Origin: a virus
Lineage: Duplodnaviria > Caudoviricetes
Length of the DNA stretch: 40,536 bases
IMG/VR virus record: IMGVR_UViG_3300031965_000078
Location: 1-40,536 of that record
Reading direction: 5' to 3' (one strand)
The notes beneath the pieces were generated by a model. That model was not told where the DNA came from, ran no database searches, and was given only the letters and a program-made list of their open reading frames with translations. How positions within the stretch are numbered: position 1 is the first letter of the stretch; every line of letters starts with the position of its first letter. A program made the translations under genes and the position numbers. Positions 27,711 to 37,300 of the stretch are shown in pieces.

Positions 27711-27750
27711 TGATTGAATATACCTTGATGATATTCAATACGTTTGTCAA
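27711..27750 (-). promoter_or_regulatory. Promoter TTGACA-N17-CAAGGT with ATTGAATA inverted half-sites
   Basis: -35 at 27750-27745, -10 at 27727-27722; half-sites at 27713-27720 and 27732-27739. Confidence 0.6.
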
Positions 27751-28091
27751 TTAAAAAGATTGAGTTGGAGCGCATCGCGCCCCGATTGTAGGATTTTAAA
27801 AACAGCGGCTTTCCGTCCGCGTGGTGTCTGGCGGCGTTCGTCTGTTTCGCGGATCATGCCACGCGCCTTCAATTCCGTGAACCGGGCGGCAATCGTGCTT
27901 CGGTCAAAATCACGATCTAATGCGCGTTCTACCATGATACGGGATTCATCCACGATAAGCCCATGATCGCCAGCATCGCGCAAGGCCACAAGAACGGCGC
28001 GGGCAACCTCGCCTTGGCTGGTCAATGATCTTGCGGCTTCCTGGCTTGTTTCGCTGTGCCGGGCGTATCCGGCGGTTTGAGGGTATGACAT
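27747..28091 (-). CDS. Hypothetical wHTH-like protein
   Basis: TS.EAA...R.TEL...G.I.....R.T..GR.A.V. Confidence 0.65.
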   Translation of the reverse strand: MSYPQTAGYARHSETSQEAARSLTSQGEVARAVLVALRDAGDHGLIVDESRIMVERALDRDFDRSTIAARFTELKARGMIRETDERRQTPRGRKAAVFKILQSGRDALQLNLFN

Positions 28092-28645
28092 TTTTCTTCG
28101 CTTCCTTTCTTGACTTTCCCCTGCCCCAAAATTCCGCTTTTTTTCAGTGCATACCCTACGCATTTTTTTGTGGGTTGCCCATCCTTCAAATCTTCATGGC
28201 ACCAAAACGGATCATCTGACCAATAACCATGAACGCAAGAATCAGCATCAACCGTTGTTCCGGGTGACTGGTTGGCATGCGTTCCAAGCCTGAACGCGCA
28301 GCCTTCACATGCCTTATTTGAATCAACCCCGGCGGCCAGCCCAACGCCATACAGTGCCCCCCATAGCGTGGGAAGGTTCAGCTTTTCCGCATCGTGCGGA
28401 TGCATATCCGTTTCGGATATGAAATAGGCTTCCATGAAATCGCGGGCATTGCTTTCAACGGACAGGCCCATAAAAATGAAGTTTCTGAACAGGTCAACAA
28501 GCTGTTCCTTGGAAAACCGTTCAAGCGTGGCCGTTATGACTTCATTCACAGTTTTCCGCGCCGTTTCCCTTTCGGCGTTCTGTGCCAGACCGACAATGCC
28601 GGAAAGGATTACAGCATCACGTTTTGAGAATCTATAGGGTATCAC
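28022..28645 (-). CDS. Hypothetical Cys/His-containing protein
   Basis: C.GCAFR.G, F.CH, C.GY. Confidence 0.6.
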   Translation of the reverse strand: MIPYRFSKRDAVILSGIVGLAQNAERETARKTVNEVITATLERFSKEQLVDLFRNFIFMGLSVESNARDFMEAYFISETDMHPHDAEKLNLPTLWGALYGVGLAAGVDSNKACEGCAFRLGTHANQSPGTTVDADSCVHGYWSDDPFWCHEDLKDGQPTKKCVGYALKKSGILGQGKVKKGSEEKCHTLKPPDTPGTAKQARKPQDH

Positions 28646-29052
28646 GCTTCCACCTTTTCTTTTCTATAGTCAGGGTGTTTATTCTGCATATGCTGGTGAA
28701 GGTTTTGAAAAGAACGGTTGCAGCAAGGGCAAACACCAGATGCCACCCTGTTTTTGATCCGGGTAACATGCCCTTTGTATGCCGTGGCAGAATTTTCCGC
28801 GTGTTTGATTATTCGAGCGCGTTCACGAATCATATCATCCCTATGGGCCATTTGCTGTTTTAGGCGGTCAAGTTCCCGGCGTAGTTTGTCAGCTTCACTT
28901 TCACCAAAAAAACCTTGCGCGTGTCCATTTGGACAATAGAATAACTTTTTGTCTTCGAGCCTTTTCCGTTCCCATGTATTTGGAACGCCCCAAACTATAC
29001 CGCAGCCAGCATGGCAACAAGTGATTGTTGTAAAGTCAACTGAAAGAATCAT
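28642..29052 (-). CDS. Zn-finger protein
   Basis: CC...CG, FYCPNGH, CPCCNRSF..L..HM..KH. Confidence 0.7.
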   Translation of the reverse strand: MILSVDFTTITCCHAGCGIVWGVPNTWERKRLEDKKLFYCPNGHAQGFFGESEADKLRRELDRLKQQMAHRDDMIRERARIIKHAENSATAYKGHVTRIKNRVASGVCPCCNRSFQNLHQHMQNKHPDYRKEKVEA

Positions 29053-29225
29053 TTCGCAATCTCCCTTGCCCACGCGCACGGCGGGCTTTCCAGTTTTTCG
29101 ATTCTTGCCTGTAAAAGCGTGGCCTGTTTTTGTATCTCAAAAACCTTCAATTGAAGGGTGATTGCCATGCAAAACAGGAAGAACATTGGGGAAAGAAAAA
29201 ATATGATCTCACATTTATTCATCAT
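29049..29225 (-). CDS. Small membrane protein
   Basis: ATGA coupled on both sides; hydrophobic N-terminus. Confidence 0.45.
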   Translation of the reverse strand: MMNKCEIIFFLSPMFFLFCMAITLQLKVFEIQKQATLLQARIEKLESPPCAWAREIAK

Positions 29226-29839
29226 TTCACCCTGAAAGTATAAACCCAAACCCACGGATTATCTTCCCACCGTGTGCCGGGTTCTTTGTTGATGTCATCC
29301 CAAAGCACGGCAAACCATTCACGGCACATGCCTTCATAGCATGTATGCCCATCATGCGATGATTCCGGATGTCCTTCCGCCCGCGCATCTTCTTCCGTGA
29401 TATCCTGCAAGCGTTGAATGCGGGTGTGCGCCGTGATTTCCAACCGGACGCGGCTTTGTTCCCGGCTCATATAGCGCGGTGATTTCCAGCGTCCGCCTTC
29501 CAGAATTTCGCGCACGTTCCCGGCTTCGGCCCATCCACCATCCGCACGGTATATCAGGCCGCCGCCAGCTTTCAGGATGCCATAGGTTTCCTTCACCCAT
29601 AGTTCATCGCCAATATTATTTGGGCCAGAAATTGTTGTTCCTGTTGTGGTGTTCCAAATAGCTGGTTTTTCAGGATGTTCTTTTCCATGTTTATCTTTCA
29701 ATCCCGGCCCCCCAAATGTAGTGGGTTCCCACTCCCCACGGTCTTTAGGTAGTTTAAAAAGCCGCCGTGTTTGCGTCTTCCTCCCGGCACGGATGGCGCG
29801 GATCATATCGGGGCTGAATTGGATGGGTGATGTCTTCAT
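29222..29839 (-). CDS. ASCH/PUA-like phage protein
   Basis: PI.F...M.RAI..GRKTQTRR, GD.LWVKET, W.SP..M.R..SR..LEIT, NPWVWV. Confidence 0.8.
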   Translation of the reverse strand: MKTSPIQFSPDMIRAIRAGRKTQTRRLFKLPKDRGEWEPTTFGGPGLKDKHGKEHPEKPAIWNTTTGTTISGPNNIGDELWVKETYGILKAGGGLIYRADGGWAEAGNVREILEGGRWKSPRYMSREQSRVRLEITAHTRIQRLQDITEEDARAEGHPESSHDGHTCYEGMCREWFAVLWDDINKEPGTRWEDNPWVWVYTFRVK

Positions 29840-29847
29840 TTTTGTTC

Positions 29848-30060
29848 CTAAAACGGTATTTCATCGGCTTCAAATGGCACATATTCCACGTCAACTTTCT
29901 TCGCCACGCCCACGGCACAAAGAACAAAAAATTCCTGTCCGGGATGAAGACGCGCAAGCCTTTTGGCTTCATCTTCCGCGCTCTGTCCTGTTTCGTGCCT
30001 GTACTTCGGCGCATGGCAGCCATTTGGGTTCCACACAAGCCAGAAATAATTGCTTTTCAT
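29848..30060 (-). CDS. Hypothetical protein
   Basis: FWLVWNP.G..P..RH....A..EA.RLA..HPG..F.VL; GAGGT RBS. Confidence 0.7.
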   Translation of the reverse strand: MKSNYFWLVWNPNGCHAPKYRHETGQSAEDEAKRLARLHPGQEFFVLCAVGVAKKVDVEYVPFEADEIPF

Positions 30061-30115
30061 CTGATTACCTCAAAAGAAATAGCGGGGGATGGTTACGGAC
30101 GCATCCCCCGCGCAG

Positions 30116-31120
30116 TTAAACCAGTTTACCGGGACCGGGTTTTTGATCTTGTTTCTTGTCGCCCGGCTTGGGGTTTTCGGCGGTTGGGGTTTCTTTGGGG
30201 GCCGCCGTTTGGGGTTTGGCTTGCTGGTTTTTGTTGTCGGATTCTTCGGCCTTCTTCGCTTCAACCTCTTTTTTCAAATCAGGCTGGCCGCCGCCTTTCT
30301 TGTCTTCCTTTTTATCTGCCAGAGACACATCAAAGAAATCTTCCACGCGGGCGATTCCGTCTTTCAAGCTGGCAAAGATTTTGCGAAGGCCGACAATTTG
30401 CGGGGCTTTCATGGATTCCATTTTAAGGCCGCCATAACGCTGTTCAATCATAGCCTGATTCACATCGTATCCGGAGAATGCTTCCAAAAGCTTTTTCAGT
30501 CCTTCCGGCGATGTGTCAATGTTCATCCGGCTGGTTTCTTCGCATTTTTCCAAAGCCATATCTATCACATCGCGGGGGATCAGCCCTTCAATGCAAGAAC
30601 GTACACGGCGCATAGCTTTGTTGGCGCACAGTTCATAGACTTCCCGTTCATCCTTGATAGGGTATCCGCCGCTTTTGGTGTCGCGCCAGTGGCGAACCTC
30701 AAATTCCGTGGAACGATCCACGTTCGTTTCAAGATCGAAGGCGAAGGCGCGTATAATGCTTCTTTGCTGGTTCGCGTCAATCACCTTCCACCCGAATCGA
30801 ACATTACCCCATGCCCGCGCAATAGCTTCCATCAAGCGGATTGTGGGGCCGGAAATCTCTTGACCGCCCTTGGGGTAGGAATACGTGGCCAGTTCCGCCA
30901 GCGTTGGGCGCGAACACTCTTTCAAAATTCTATCTGAACAGATCATAGGATCACGCGGGAAACGCTTGGCCACTTCAAATTGAGTCATAACCTCAATCAT
31001 GGCGCGTTGGGCTTCGCTGGCAATCATGCCGCTTTCGTTATCGGCCTTGACCACTTCCGCCGATTGGTAGGGGTTCTTGACCTTTTCGCCTTCCAGCTTC
31101 GCAACTTGTTGTCCTGTCAT
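30116..31120 (-). CDS. Putative single-strand annealing protein (partner of YqaJ)
   Basis: Adjacent to YqaJ; AKRFPRD, Y.YP.GG..I.GP.IRL.E.IA..WGN; disordered tail. Confidence 0.55.
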   Translation of the reverse strand: MTGQQVAKLEGEKVKNPYQSAEVVKADNESGMIASEAQRAMIEVMTQFEVAKRFPRDPMICSDRILKECSRPTLAELATYSYPKGGQEISGPTIRLMEAIARAWGNVRFGWKVIDANQQRSIIRAFAFDLETNVDRSTEFEVRHWRDTKSGGYPIKDEREVYELCANKAMRRVRSCIEGLIPRDVIDMALEKCEETSRMNIDTSPEGLKKLLEAFSGYDVNQAMIEQRYGGLKMESMKAPQIVGLRKIFASLKDGIARVEDFFDVSLADKKEDKKGGGQPDLKKEVEAKKAEESDNKNQQAKPQTAAPKETPTAENPKPGDKKQDQKPGPGKLV

Positions 31121-31124
31121 GGTT

Positions 31125-32063
31125 TCATCTTCCTTTTTTGAGTTTCTTCACATCGAATCGCCGGAACGAATACCCCGGAACAAGACGATCATCAACTTCC
31201 TGCAATCTCGCACTGATTGAATATTCATCAATAATGGCCCTTTCAGCGTTCCCGATCAAGTCCAAAATTTCATTTTTAATGGCAGTCATTTCATCAATGG
31301 ATTCCTTTTGCTTTTCAGCTTGTTCCGCCAAACGGTCTTTAATTACCGCATACCTGTTTATCAGATTCACGGCCCGTTCCTCGCGTGACAGGTTGACCGA
31401 TTCGCCTTCCCGCACAGCCGGACGCAGGATTTCAAGGATTTCAGCGTCCGCAAGGTAATCCGGCGGCGGCGGCTCATTGGCTTCAACGGAATGCCAGAAT
31501 TTCGCCACTTCTTCTTGCACCAAATCACCAAGGCGCGAATCATGCTTGCGCTCATATATTCGGCTATTCTTGCGCCCATCCAGCGCACCGATGGCCCCCC
31601 ACTGGATCGGCAGACCTTCCCGAATCGCAAGATCAAGCTGGCCCTGTATTTGAAATTCATAATCAATGGGGGCTTTGTCGGGATACCACCCCAATTCTTC
31701 GCTGAAAACGCCCGTGGTTTTCACTTCCAGCAAGCCTTCACCACGATCACGACATATCGCCTTGATGTCCATGGACGCACCGAGTCGCAGTTTGTCATCT
31801 TGCAAATAGAACAGCGTCAAATCCTCGCCCTGCCAGCCGTGATCTTCGCACAGGCCCGCGCCAACGGCGTTTTGAAGGCGGCGGCCCCACCGGGTATGCT
31901 GGTTGTCGGAGAAGTCCGGTTCCACGTTCCCGGCCTTTTCGTGCCACAGCCGAAGGCGGCTTTTATACTCGGACAGGTCAAACAACGCGGCAATTTCCGT
32001 GGAATTGATGTTCCGGGCGCGGGCTTCCAACCATTCCGATTCTGTTTCAAATTTTAAAAGCAT
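31125..32063 (-). CDS. YqaJ-like (lambda Exo family) exonuclease
   Basis: W...R...I.STE.AA, ASMD, LLEVKT, Y..Q.Q.Q. Confidence 0.88.
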   Translation of the reverse strand: MLLKFETESEWLEARARNINSTEIAALFDLSEYKSRLRLWHEKAGNVEPDFSDNQHTRWGRRLQNAVGAGLCEDHGWQGEDLTLFYLQDDKLRLGASMDIKAICRDRGEGLLEVKTTGVFSEELGWYPDKAPIDYEFQIQGQLDLAIREGLPIQWGAIGALDGRKNSRIYERKHDSRLGDLVQEEVAKFWHSVEANEPPPPDYLADAEILEILRPAVREGESVNLSREERAVNLINRYAVIKDRLAEQAEKQKESIDEMTAIKNEILDLIGNAERAIIDEYSISARLQEVDDRLVPGYSFRRFDVKKLKKGR

Positions 32064-32068
32064 GTGTT

Positions 32069-32097
32069 ACCTTGATTGAATATTATTCAATTGTCAA
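32069..32097 (-). promoter_or_regulatory. Promoter TTGACA-N17-CAAGGT whose spacer is an operator palindrome
   Basis: Spacer 32091-32075 = ATTGAATAATATTCAAT. Confidence 0.65.
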
Positions 32098-32201
32098 TAT
32101 CTGGTTGCGTTCCGTAATAATCATCCAACGCCTTTTCAAAAGCATCATCCGCAAATCTGCTTACCTTTTCCCAAAACTTCATGCGCCAGAAAAGAAGTTC
32201 T

Positions 32202-32531
32202 TCAATCATTTTCTTTTTCCTTTAAAACTTTAACGCCGTTTACGTACATGCGGTTTAAATACTCTCCAAGAGATTCACGATAACCGCGCAAAAGTGTTTC
32301 TTGTGCATTCATCGCGAATACTGTTTGCACCTCCACCGCCTCCCGCGCATCATCCGGTGCTTCGATCTGCGCTTGCAGGGCGGCTTTAATCGCGCCTATG
32401 TGATCTCCAAGAAAATGCGACGATTCTTCCTCATCATATCCTGCCCCGACATATCCATCGCAGGACGCTTCGCACCATTCTACCTTCAACAGCGCATCCA
32501 AGGCCGCCTTGAAATCGTGGGCATTGTTCAT
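32202..32531 (-). CDS. Hypothetical protein
   Basis: GAGGA RBS; lies in the early gene run. Confidence 0.6.
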   Translation of the reverse strand: MNNAHDFKAALDALLKVEWCEASCDGYVGAGYDEEESSHFLGDHIGAIKAALQAQIEAPDDAREAVEVQTVFAMNAQETLLRGYRESLGEYLNRMYVNGVKVLKEKEND

Positions 32532-32708
32532 TTAAAATTCCTCTCCGCACAAGGTGCATTTATTTACAACTCCGGTTGCAATCATGGGATGATGGCATTT
32601 TCCGGATGGCGCAATCTTTTTTGACCTTGAACGATTCGCCTTCCTACCACTTCCTTGAAGCGGATAATGCGCGTCATCGTGTTTTCTTTTTCTTTCCTTA
32701 AATTTCAT
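32532..32708 (-). CDS. Small basic protein with Cys/His motif
   Basis: ATGA overlap with the upstream gene; C.H...C..CG. Confidence 0.5.
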   Translation of the reverse strand: MKFKERKRKHDDAHYPLQGSGRKANRSRSKKIAPSGKCHHPMIATGVVNKCTLCGEEF

Positions 32709-33349
32709 TTTCCGCAGCCCTTCCATGTATATTTATCATGAACAGCTTCCGCGTTTTTATAACCATCCTGCCATTCATGCCGTGTCAGAGCGTCATGCAA
32801 CGCCTGAATCAGTTCTTCCTTTTCCGCTTGCAGCTTGGATATTTCATCGTTTTTTGGGGTTTCTTCTTTTCCAGCCGCCAATAATTGGCTGATCGCTTGA
32901 AGAAGGTTTTTGGATTTTTGATGGAAAATTTCTTCCGATCCCGTTGCGCTGGCAATTTGCCATTCTTCTTTGGCGGATTTCAATGCGCCAAGATATCCAT
33001 CAATCTTTTGGAGAACGGCGGACATTTCAATCCATAGGGCGCGGTATCTCCCGTATTCGCCAATTATGCCGCCAACTGCCCGCATATCCCCGACACCATC
33101 TTCAAGTGGTTTTATATCCCACATCCTGACTAGGCCGTTTTTGGCGTATCGAATCCATATCGGCGTTGCGCCAAGGTTCATAAAATCATTATCTGTATCC
33201 GTCATTTCTGATATTTTTTCTGAAAGGACTTCCCGCGCCCGTGAAATCCATCCGCCAGGATCGTTTGGCACGTTCCACGGGCCACCCGGCTTGCCGTATA
33301 GGTCAACGGCTTCTTGAAGAATCTGACGGATTTTTTGTTCATTTGTCAT
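32705..33349 (-). CDS. Hypothetical protein
   Basis: 214-aa ORF, coupled at both ends. Confidence 0.6.
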   Translation of the reverse strand: MTNEQKIRQILQEAVDLYGKPGGPWNVPNDPGGWISRAREVLSEKISEMTDTDNDFMNLGATPIWIRYAKNGLVRMWDIKPLEDGVGDMRAVGGIIGEYGRYRALWIEMSAVLQKIDGYLGALKSAKEEWQIASATGSEEIFHQKSKNLLQAISQLLAAGKEETPKNDEISKLQAEKEELIQALHDALTRHEWQDGYKNAEAVHDKYTWKGCGK

Positions 33350-33510
33350 TTCATATACATCCCGATAAATCCAAGAAACGCGAAGAAGTACATGCCCATG
33401 ACGATCACGGACGCAATCAGTTCAGTTGGCCCATTGTCCTTATTGACCGCGATTCCGTTCAGCGCGGAAGCCAGCGGGAATAAAAGGCAAAATAATATGA
33501 GGTAGTTCAC
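33346..33510 (-). CDS. Small two-TM membrane protein
   Basis: Not in the ORF track: MNYLILFCLLFPLASAL...FFAFLGFIGMYMK*; GTGA/ATGA coupling. Confidence 0.55.
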   Translation of the reverse strand: MNYLILFCLLFPLASALNGIAVNKDNGPTELIASVIVMGMYFFAFLGFIGMYMK

Positions 33511-33821
33511 GCCGCGTTTTCCTTTTCTATTTCAAGATCGCGTTGCCGCGCATCCATCCACCCGCGATGATGGTTTTCGCTTCCGTGGCACTGCGCCGGG
33601 GCGAAGTTCCAAAGCCAGCGCACCACGGTTGGAAGGTGTGGCAGGGTTGCCGGATCGGCGCGAAACACGGCTTGTTGAAGATTGTTGCACAGGACAGCCG
33701 TTAAAAAGCTTCCTGTTGATCGTCCAATTTCGATGTATGCAATTAGGCCATCCCGAAGGGATGGCGGAACGAATGTGTCAGTAAAATAAAATGCTTCAAT
33801 TGCTTCCGGTTCAATTTCCAC
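33507..33821 (-). CDS. Hypothetical protein
   Basis: L..YI..G...G.FL.AVL.N.L..A..RAD...AP..C.GS. Confidence 0.7.
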   Translation of the reverse strand: MEIEPEAIEAFYFTDTFVPPSLRDGLIAYIEIGRSTGSFLTAVLCNNLQQAVFRADPATLPHLPTVVRWLWNFAPAQCHGSENHHRGWMDARQRDLEIEKENAA

Positions 33822-34527
33822 TTTTGACCTCTTGAAACTTTCCTTTTTTGCACAGTGTGTACCATGTATCGGGCTTGATTTTGTTTTTTCCGACTGTTTC
33901 AGATACGGCAGAAATTGGCGTTATTTCATCATCTTCGAACTGAACAAGGATTAAAACGGCCCCTTCTTTTCCTTTTACACGGCCACCAAAGTTTGTAGCC
34001 ACCGCAACCGATCTTTCGCCCTGCGCCGCGCTGTGGCCATACCTGCCCTGCGCCGCGCTGTGGCCTTCATTGCCCTGCGCCGCGCTGTGGCCATGGTCGC
34101 CCTGCGCCGCGCTGTGGCCACGCCAGCCCTGCGCCGCGCTGTGGCCTTCATTGCCCTGCGCCGCGCTGTGGCCATGGTCGCCCTGCGCCGCGCTGTGGCC
34201 ATGGTTGTTCAATGAGCCTTTAGAGTTTTGTTTTATAAATTCAACAGACGCTTTAACCATATCCGAAATAGATATGGTAGCGTTTATTTTTATAACGGAT
34301 GAAACTGTTTTTTGTTCATCGTTTTTAACATCGCCGCTTTGCTCAACTTCTGCATAAATAGATGTGTTGATCGGATAAAAAGACCAAACATCCATTGGGA
34401 TTTTGCAAGCATGGAATCCTTTCGCGCAAAGTTCAACAGTGCCTTCATGTTTGTATTGATTGCCGATGACGAATTGATATCCTCGGCATTTCATTTCTTT
34501 ATCGAATCCCTTGTATGTTTTTTTCAT
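33811..34527 (-). CDS. DUF7666-like protein with 9-residue repeats
   Basis: YKGFD..MKCRGYQF, C..GFHAC..P.DV..FY, (GHSAAQGxx)7, IKPDTWY.L. Confidence 0.75.
   Translation of the reverse strand: MKKTYKGFDKEMKCRGYQFVIGNQYKHEGTVELCAKGFHACKIPMDVWSFYPINTSIYAEVEQSGDVKNDEQKTVSSVIKINATISISDMVKASVEFIKQNSKGSLNNHGHSAAQGDHGHSAAQGNEGHSAAQGWRGHSAAQGDHGHSAAQGNEGHSAAQGRYGHSAAQGERSVAVATNFGGRVKGKEGAVLILVQFEDDEITPISAVSETVGKNKIKPDTWYTLCKKGKFQEVKSGN
34018..34200. repeat. 27-bp coding tandem repeat x7
   Basis: Constant GCCCTGCGCCGCGCTGTGGCC plus 6 variable nt. Confidence 0.95.
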
Positions 34528-34730
34528 TATATCAGCCCCTTATCCTTGGCCAGCCATTCCGGCATAGCAAATGTTCCATCACCATTGTCTTCCACCTGTG
34601 AAGTTGGAATCCATATCCAGACTTCCCGCCCGTTTTCGTCTTTGTCACCCTGTGAAAAAGCGGTTCCTCCGCCCTTGGTCATTTTCTTTTCCAGCGCAAC
34701 ATCCACGATGTTTGATTTTCCGCTTGTCAT
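34527..34730 (-). CDS. Hypothetical protein
   Basis: WIP.SQVE...MPEWLA.DKGL motif. Confidence 0.7.
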   Translation of the reverse strand: MTSGKSNIVDVALEKKMTKGGGTAFSQGDKDENGREVWIWIPTSQVEDNGDGTFAMPEWLAKDKGLI

Positions 34731-34873
34731 GATAACCCCGTTCCGCCGCAGCGTGGGCAGCTATCTTCCCCGTTCCGGATGGAACCGATTCCACCGCATC
34801 CGCGACACACTTGCACAGGCGGCCTTTGCGGCGGCGTATTTTCTGGAACAGTTTTTGGATTTTCTTTGGTCAT
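34727..34873 (-). CDS. Small DnaJ-type Zn-finger protein
   Basis: CRGCGGIG...CPRCGGTG. Confidence 0.55.
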   Translation of the reverse strand: MTKENPKTVPENTPPQRPPVQVCRGCGGIGSIRNGEDSCPRCGGTGLS

Positions 34874-34934
34874 TTTTTCCCTCTCTACATGCGCCGCCGG
34901 AAGCGCGAAGCCCCCGGCGGCCACATATCCTTCG

Positions 34935-36005
34935 TTAACGCACAACGGACTTGGTTTCTTGCGTGATGATCGCGCCGCGAAGCTGGCGGCCACCCGCGTT
35001 CACAAACGATTGCACGGCCTGTTCCAGCGCGGCGAACGGGATATGATCGCGCAGGGCTTCAATATCCAAGTCTTCGCGCCGGGTGATGCTACCCACCCAT
35101 GTTTCTTTCACGCTGGCCATGGACGCGGAACCGCGTGTCCTTGATAATTCGGATGATTTGGCAAAGGTCTTGCGTTCCATCTGGTCGGCCTTCTTGTCGG
35201 CACGGATCGCATCATCCAGCGAAGTCTTGTAATCCCGGTTTGCCTGTTTCGCATCGCGGGCGGCCTGTTTTGCCTGTTCTTCACGTTCCTTGGCTTGTGC
35301 GGCGGCGGCGCGTTCAGCTTCCTTGGCGGCCTTTTCGCGTTGGCGGGCTTCCGCTTCCAGTTCCTTGGCGCGGGCCGTTGCCGCTTCCTTTTCCTGTTCT
35401 TCCTGCTTTGCGCGGGCCTTGGCTTCTTCCGCTTCCCGGCGGGCCTGTTCCGCCTTGCGGCGTTCTTCCTCGGCGCGGCGTTCAGCTTCTTCCTGTGCCC
35501 GGCGGGCGGCGGCGGCTTCTTCCTCGGCCTTGCGGCGGGCTTCTTCCTCGGCCTTGCGGCGGGCTTCCATTTCCTCGGCCTTGCGGCGGGCTTCCTCGGC
35601 GGCGGCGCGGGCTTTTTCCTCGCGTTCCCGGCGGGCAGCATCTTCCTTTCGTTTTAGATAATCGGCCAGCGGCTCGCCCACCTTGTCGCGGACGGACAGT
35701 ATGCTGTCCAGCCTTTTTTTGAAGAAGGCATGAACGGCATTCGCTTTGGCAGAATAGACTTCCTTTTCAGCCTTACGCGCCGCATCCAGCGTTTTTTCCA
35801 TGTTGCGCAGCTTTTTCAGGTAATCCGAAACCGCGCCCGCTGTTTCGTCATCGTCAATTTGATCCGGCATTTCATCTTGTTTGGCCAACATTGATTCGTA
35901 TACCGAAAGTTCTTCGCGGTAGTCTTTTTGCAAGCCTTCGGCAATGATTTCTTCCAATTCTGGCGGATTGTTATGCCCAATCCCGGCAGTGGCTGTTTGT
36001 GTCAT
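34935..36005 (-). CDS. Long coiled-coil protein with Ala/Glu/Arg/Lys repeats
   Basis: GIGHNNPP N-terminus, EARRKAEE repeats, C-terminal globular segment. Confidence 0.75.
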   Translation of the reverse strand: MTQTATAGIGHNNPPELEEIIAEGLQKDYREELSVYESMLAKQDEMPDQIDDDETAGAVSDYLKKLRNMEKTLDAARKAEKEVYSAKANAVHAFFKKRLDSILSVRDKVGEPLADYLKRKEDAARREREEKARAAAEEARRKAEEMEARRKAEEEARRKAEEEAAAARRAQEEAERRAEEERRKAEQARREAEEAKARAKQEEQEKEAATARAKELEAEARQREKAAKEAERAAAAQAKEREEQAKQAARDAKQANRDYKTSLDDAIRADKKADQMERKTFAKSSELSRTRGSASMASVKETWVGSITRREDLDIEALRDHIPFAALEQAVQSFVNAGGRQLRGAIITQETKSVVR

Positions 36006-36039
36006 GATTCGTTCCTTGTTGATGTTGTGCTTGAAAGCA

Positions 36040-36073
36040 ATTGAATAATATTCAATACCTATTCAATCGTCAA
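36040..36073 (-). promoter_or_regulatory. Promoter TTGACG-N17-TATTAT with three ATTGAATA half-sites
   Basis: Palindrome at 36040-36056 plus a half-site at 36060-36067. Confidence 0.7.
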
Positions 36074-36077
36074 GCCT

Positions 36078-36374
36078 TTAAAGCCAAGTTTCCATGATGG
36101 CCGGGTCATCGGACGGATGGCGGTGGAATCTGGCCGTTCCCGGCGGTACTGATACCCGGCAAGCATGAAGGGAATCCGCCAGACACCAAGGCGCGATATC
36201 CGGCACGGGATTCCCATCCTGTATTGTCCACCGCCTGACCACGTATTTACCGGGATGTTCAGCCTGATTCGGGCCGTACACGGTAAACATTTCCATGGCC
36301 TTGGCCGGGGGCGTTGGGGGCACCGGGCCGGGCGCGGCTCTGGCTTTCAGTTTCAAGATCGGTCTGTTCGTCAT
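36078..36374 (-). CDS. Hypothetical protein
   Basis: FTVY.P...HP.KYV.RRW...R.P.DDP.I.ETW. Confidence 0.65.
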   Translation of the reverse strand: MTNRPILKLKARAAPGPVPPTPPAKAMEMFTVYGPNQAEHPGKYVVRRWTIQDGNPVPDIAPWCLADSLHACRVSVPPGTARFHRHPSDDPAIMETWL

Positions 36375-36601
36375 TTTTTCACCTTTATGATCTGGCGCAT
36401 CTTGTTTTTGAACGCGGACAACAAGACCATTTTCACCTTGTCGCAGTTGTCATTTGCCGCTTCCGGGATGCGCGTTGTTCCTTTTTCTATGAAGTCCATA
36501 CTGGTTTCCTTTCCGGGCAGGGAAACGGCGGTGGGTATGTGGTTTTTCAAAGCCTACGTTTTCGGCAACCCGCAATCCACCGCCGCCCTTCCCACAGCCA
36601 C

Positions 36602-37252
36602 TTAGGAAGCTTGTTCTTGCGCCATGTGCTTGTACACAGCACGGGTCATTTCCACATCCTCGCGGCAGTATTGCGCGATTTCATCAATGCGCCCTTCCTG
36701 CCATGCGCCATAGACCTTGGAACCATCCATGCCGCCCTTCCCGCCAACGCCGAAGGCGCGGGCCAAGATATCAAGCTTGGTAAAGTTCTTGGAATCCCAC
36801 TGCACCATGGTATCAAACGGGTTGTTTTCCCAAGGCTTGGCGAACCAAGGAACGCCGCGATGCAGGGGAACGCCAAGTGTAATGGCCCGCTGGCGGATCA
36901 CCCGCAAATCAAACCCGGCGATGTTGTGACCAACATATACGGCGTGATTTGGCAGGAATTTGAAGAAATCCCGAAGGTTCGCCTCTTCCTTGTCCAGATC
37001 GCGCACGTCAAATGATATGGCGGGTTCATCGTTCAAGGCCACGCCGATTGAAATTATGTGGTTGCTTGCGCCGCTGAACCCCATCTTTCCAATGGTTTCT
37101 TCCACGGCTTCACCGTAGCTTTCCGCGTACCATTTTTCTATGGACTCCGCCTTCTTGATTGTGCCGGGCGGCGTGGTTTTTTCCTTGGCGTATTCCCGCA
37201 CCCAATCAAGTTGGGATGGGATGGTTTCGATGTCCAGATATACTTTATCCAT
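36602..37252 (-). CDS. PolB-related DEDD 3'-5' exonuclease
   Basis: LDIETIP, GHNI.GFD, YC..DV. Confidence 0.88.
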   Translation of the reverse strand: MDKVYLDIETIPSQLDWVREYAKEKTTPPGTIKKAESIEKWYAESYGEAVEETIGKMGFSGASNHIISIGVALNDEPAISFDVRDLDKEEANLRDFFKFLPNHAVYVGHNIAGFDLRVIRQRAITLGVPLHRGVPWFAKPWENNPFDTMVQWDSKNFTKLDILARAFGVGGKGGMDGSKVYGAWQEGRIDEIAQYCREDVEMTRAVYKHMAQEQAS

Positions 37253-37300
37253 TATCCTGATTTTCCTTTCTTTTAAGAGATATTGACAGTGAGAACCCCG

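Noticed and set aside
34018-34200. Possible CRISPR-like array
   Set aside because: The 'spacers' are only 6 nt, the period is 27 bp in frame within a CDS, and no cas genes are present.
35505-35600. 24-bp repeats (TTCCTCGGCCTTGCGGCGGGCT)
   Set aside because: Explained by EARRKAEE coiled-coil coding repeats.
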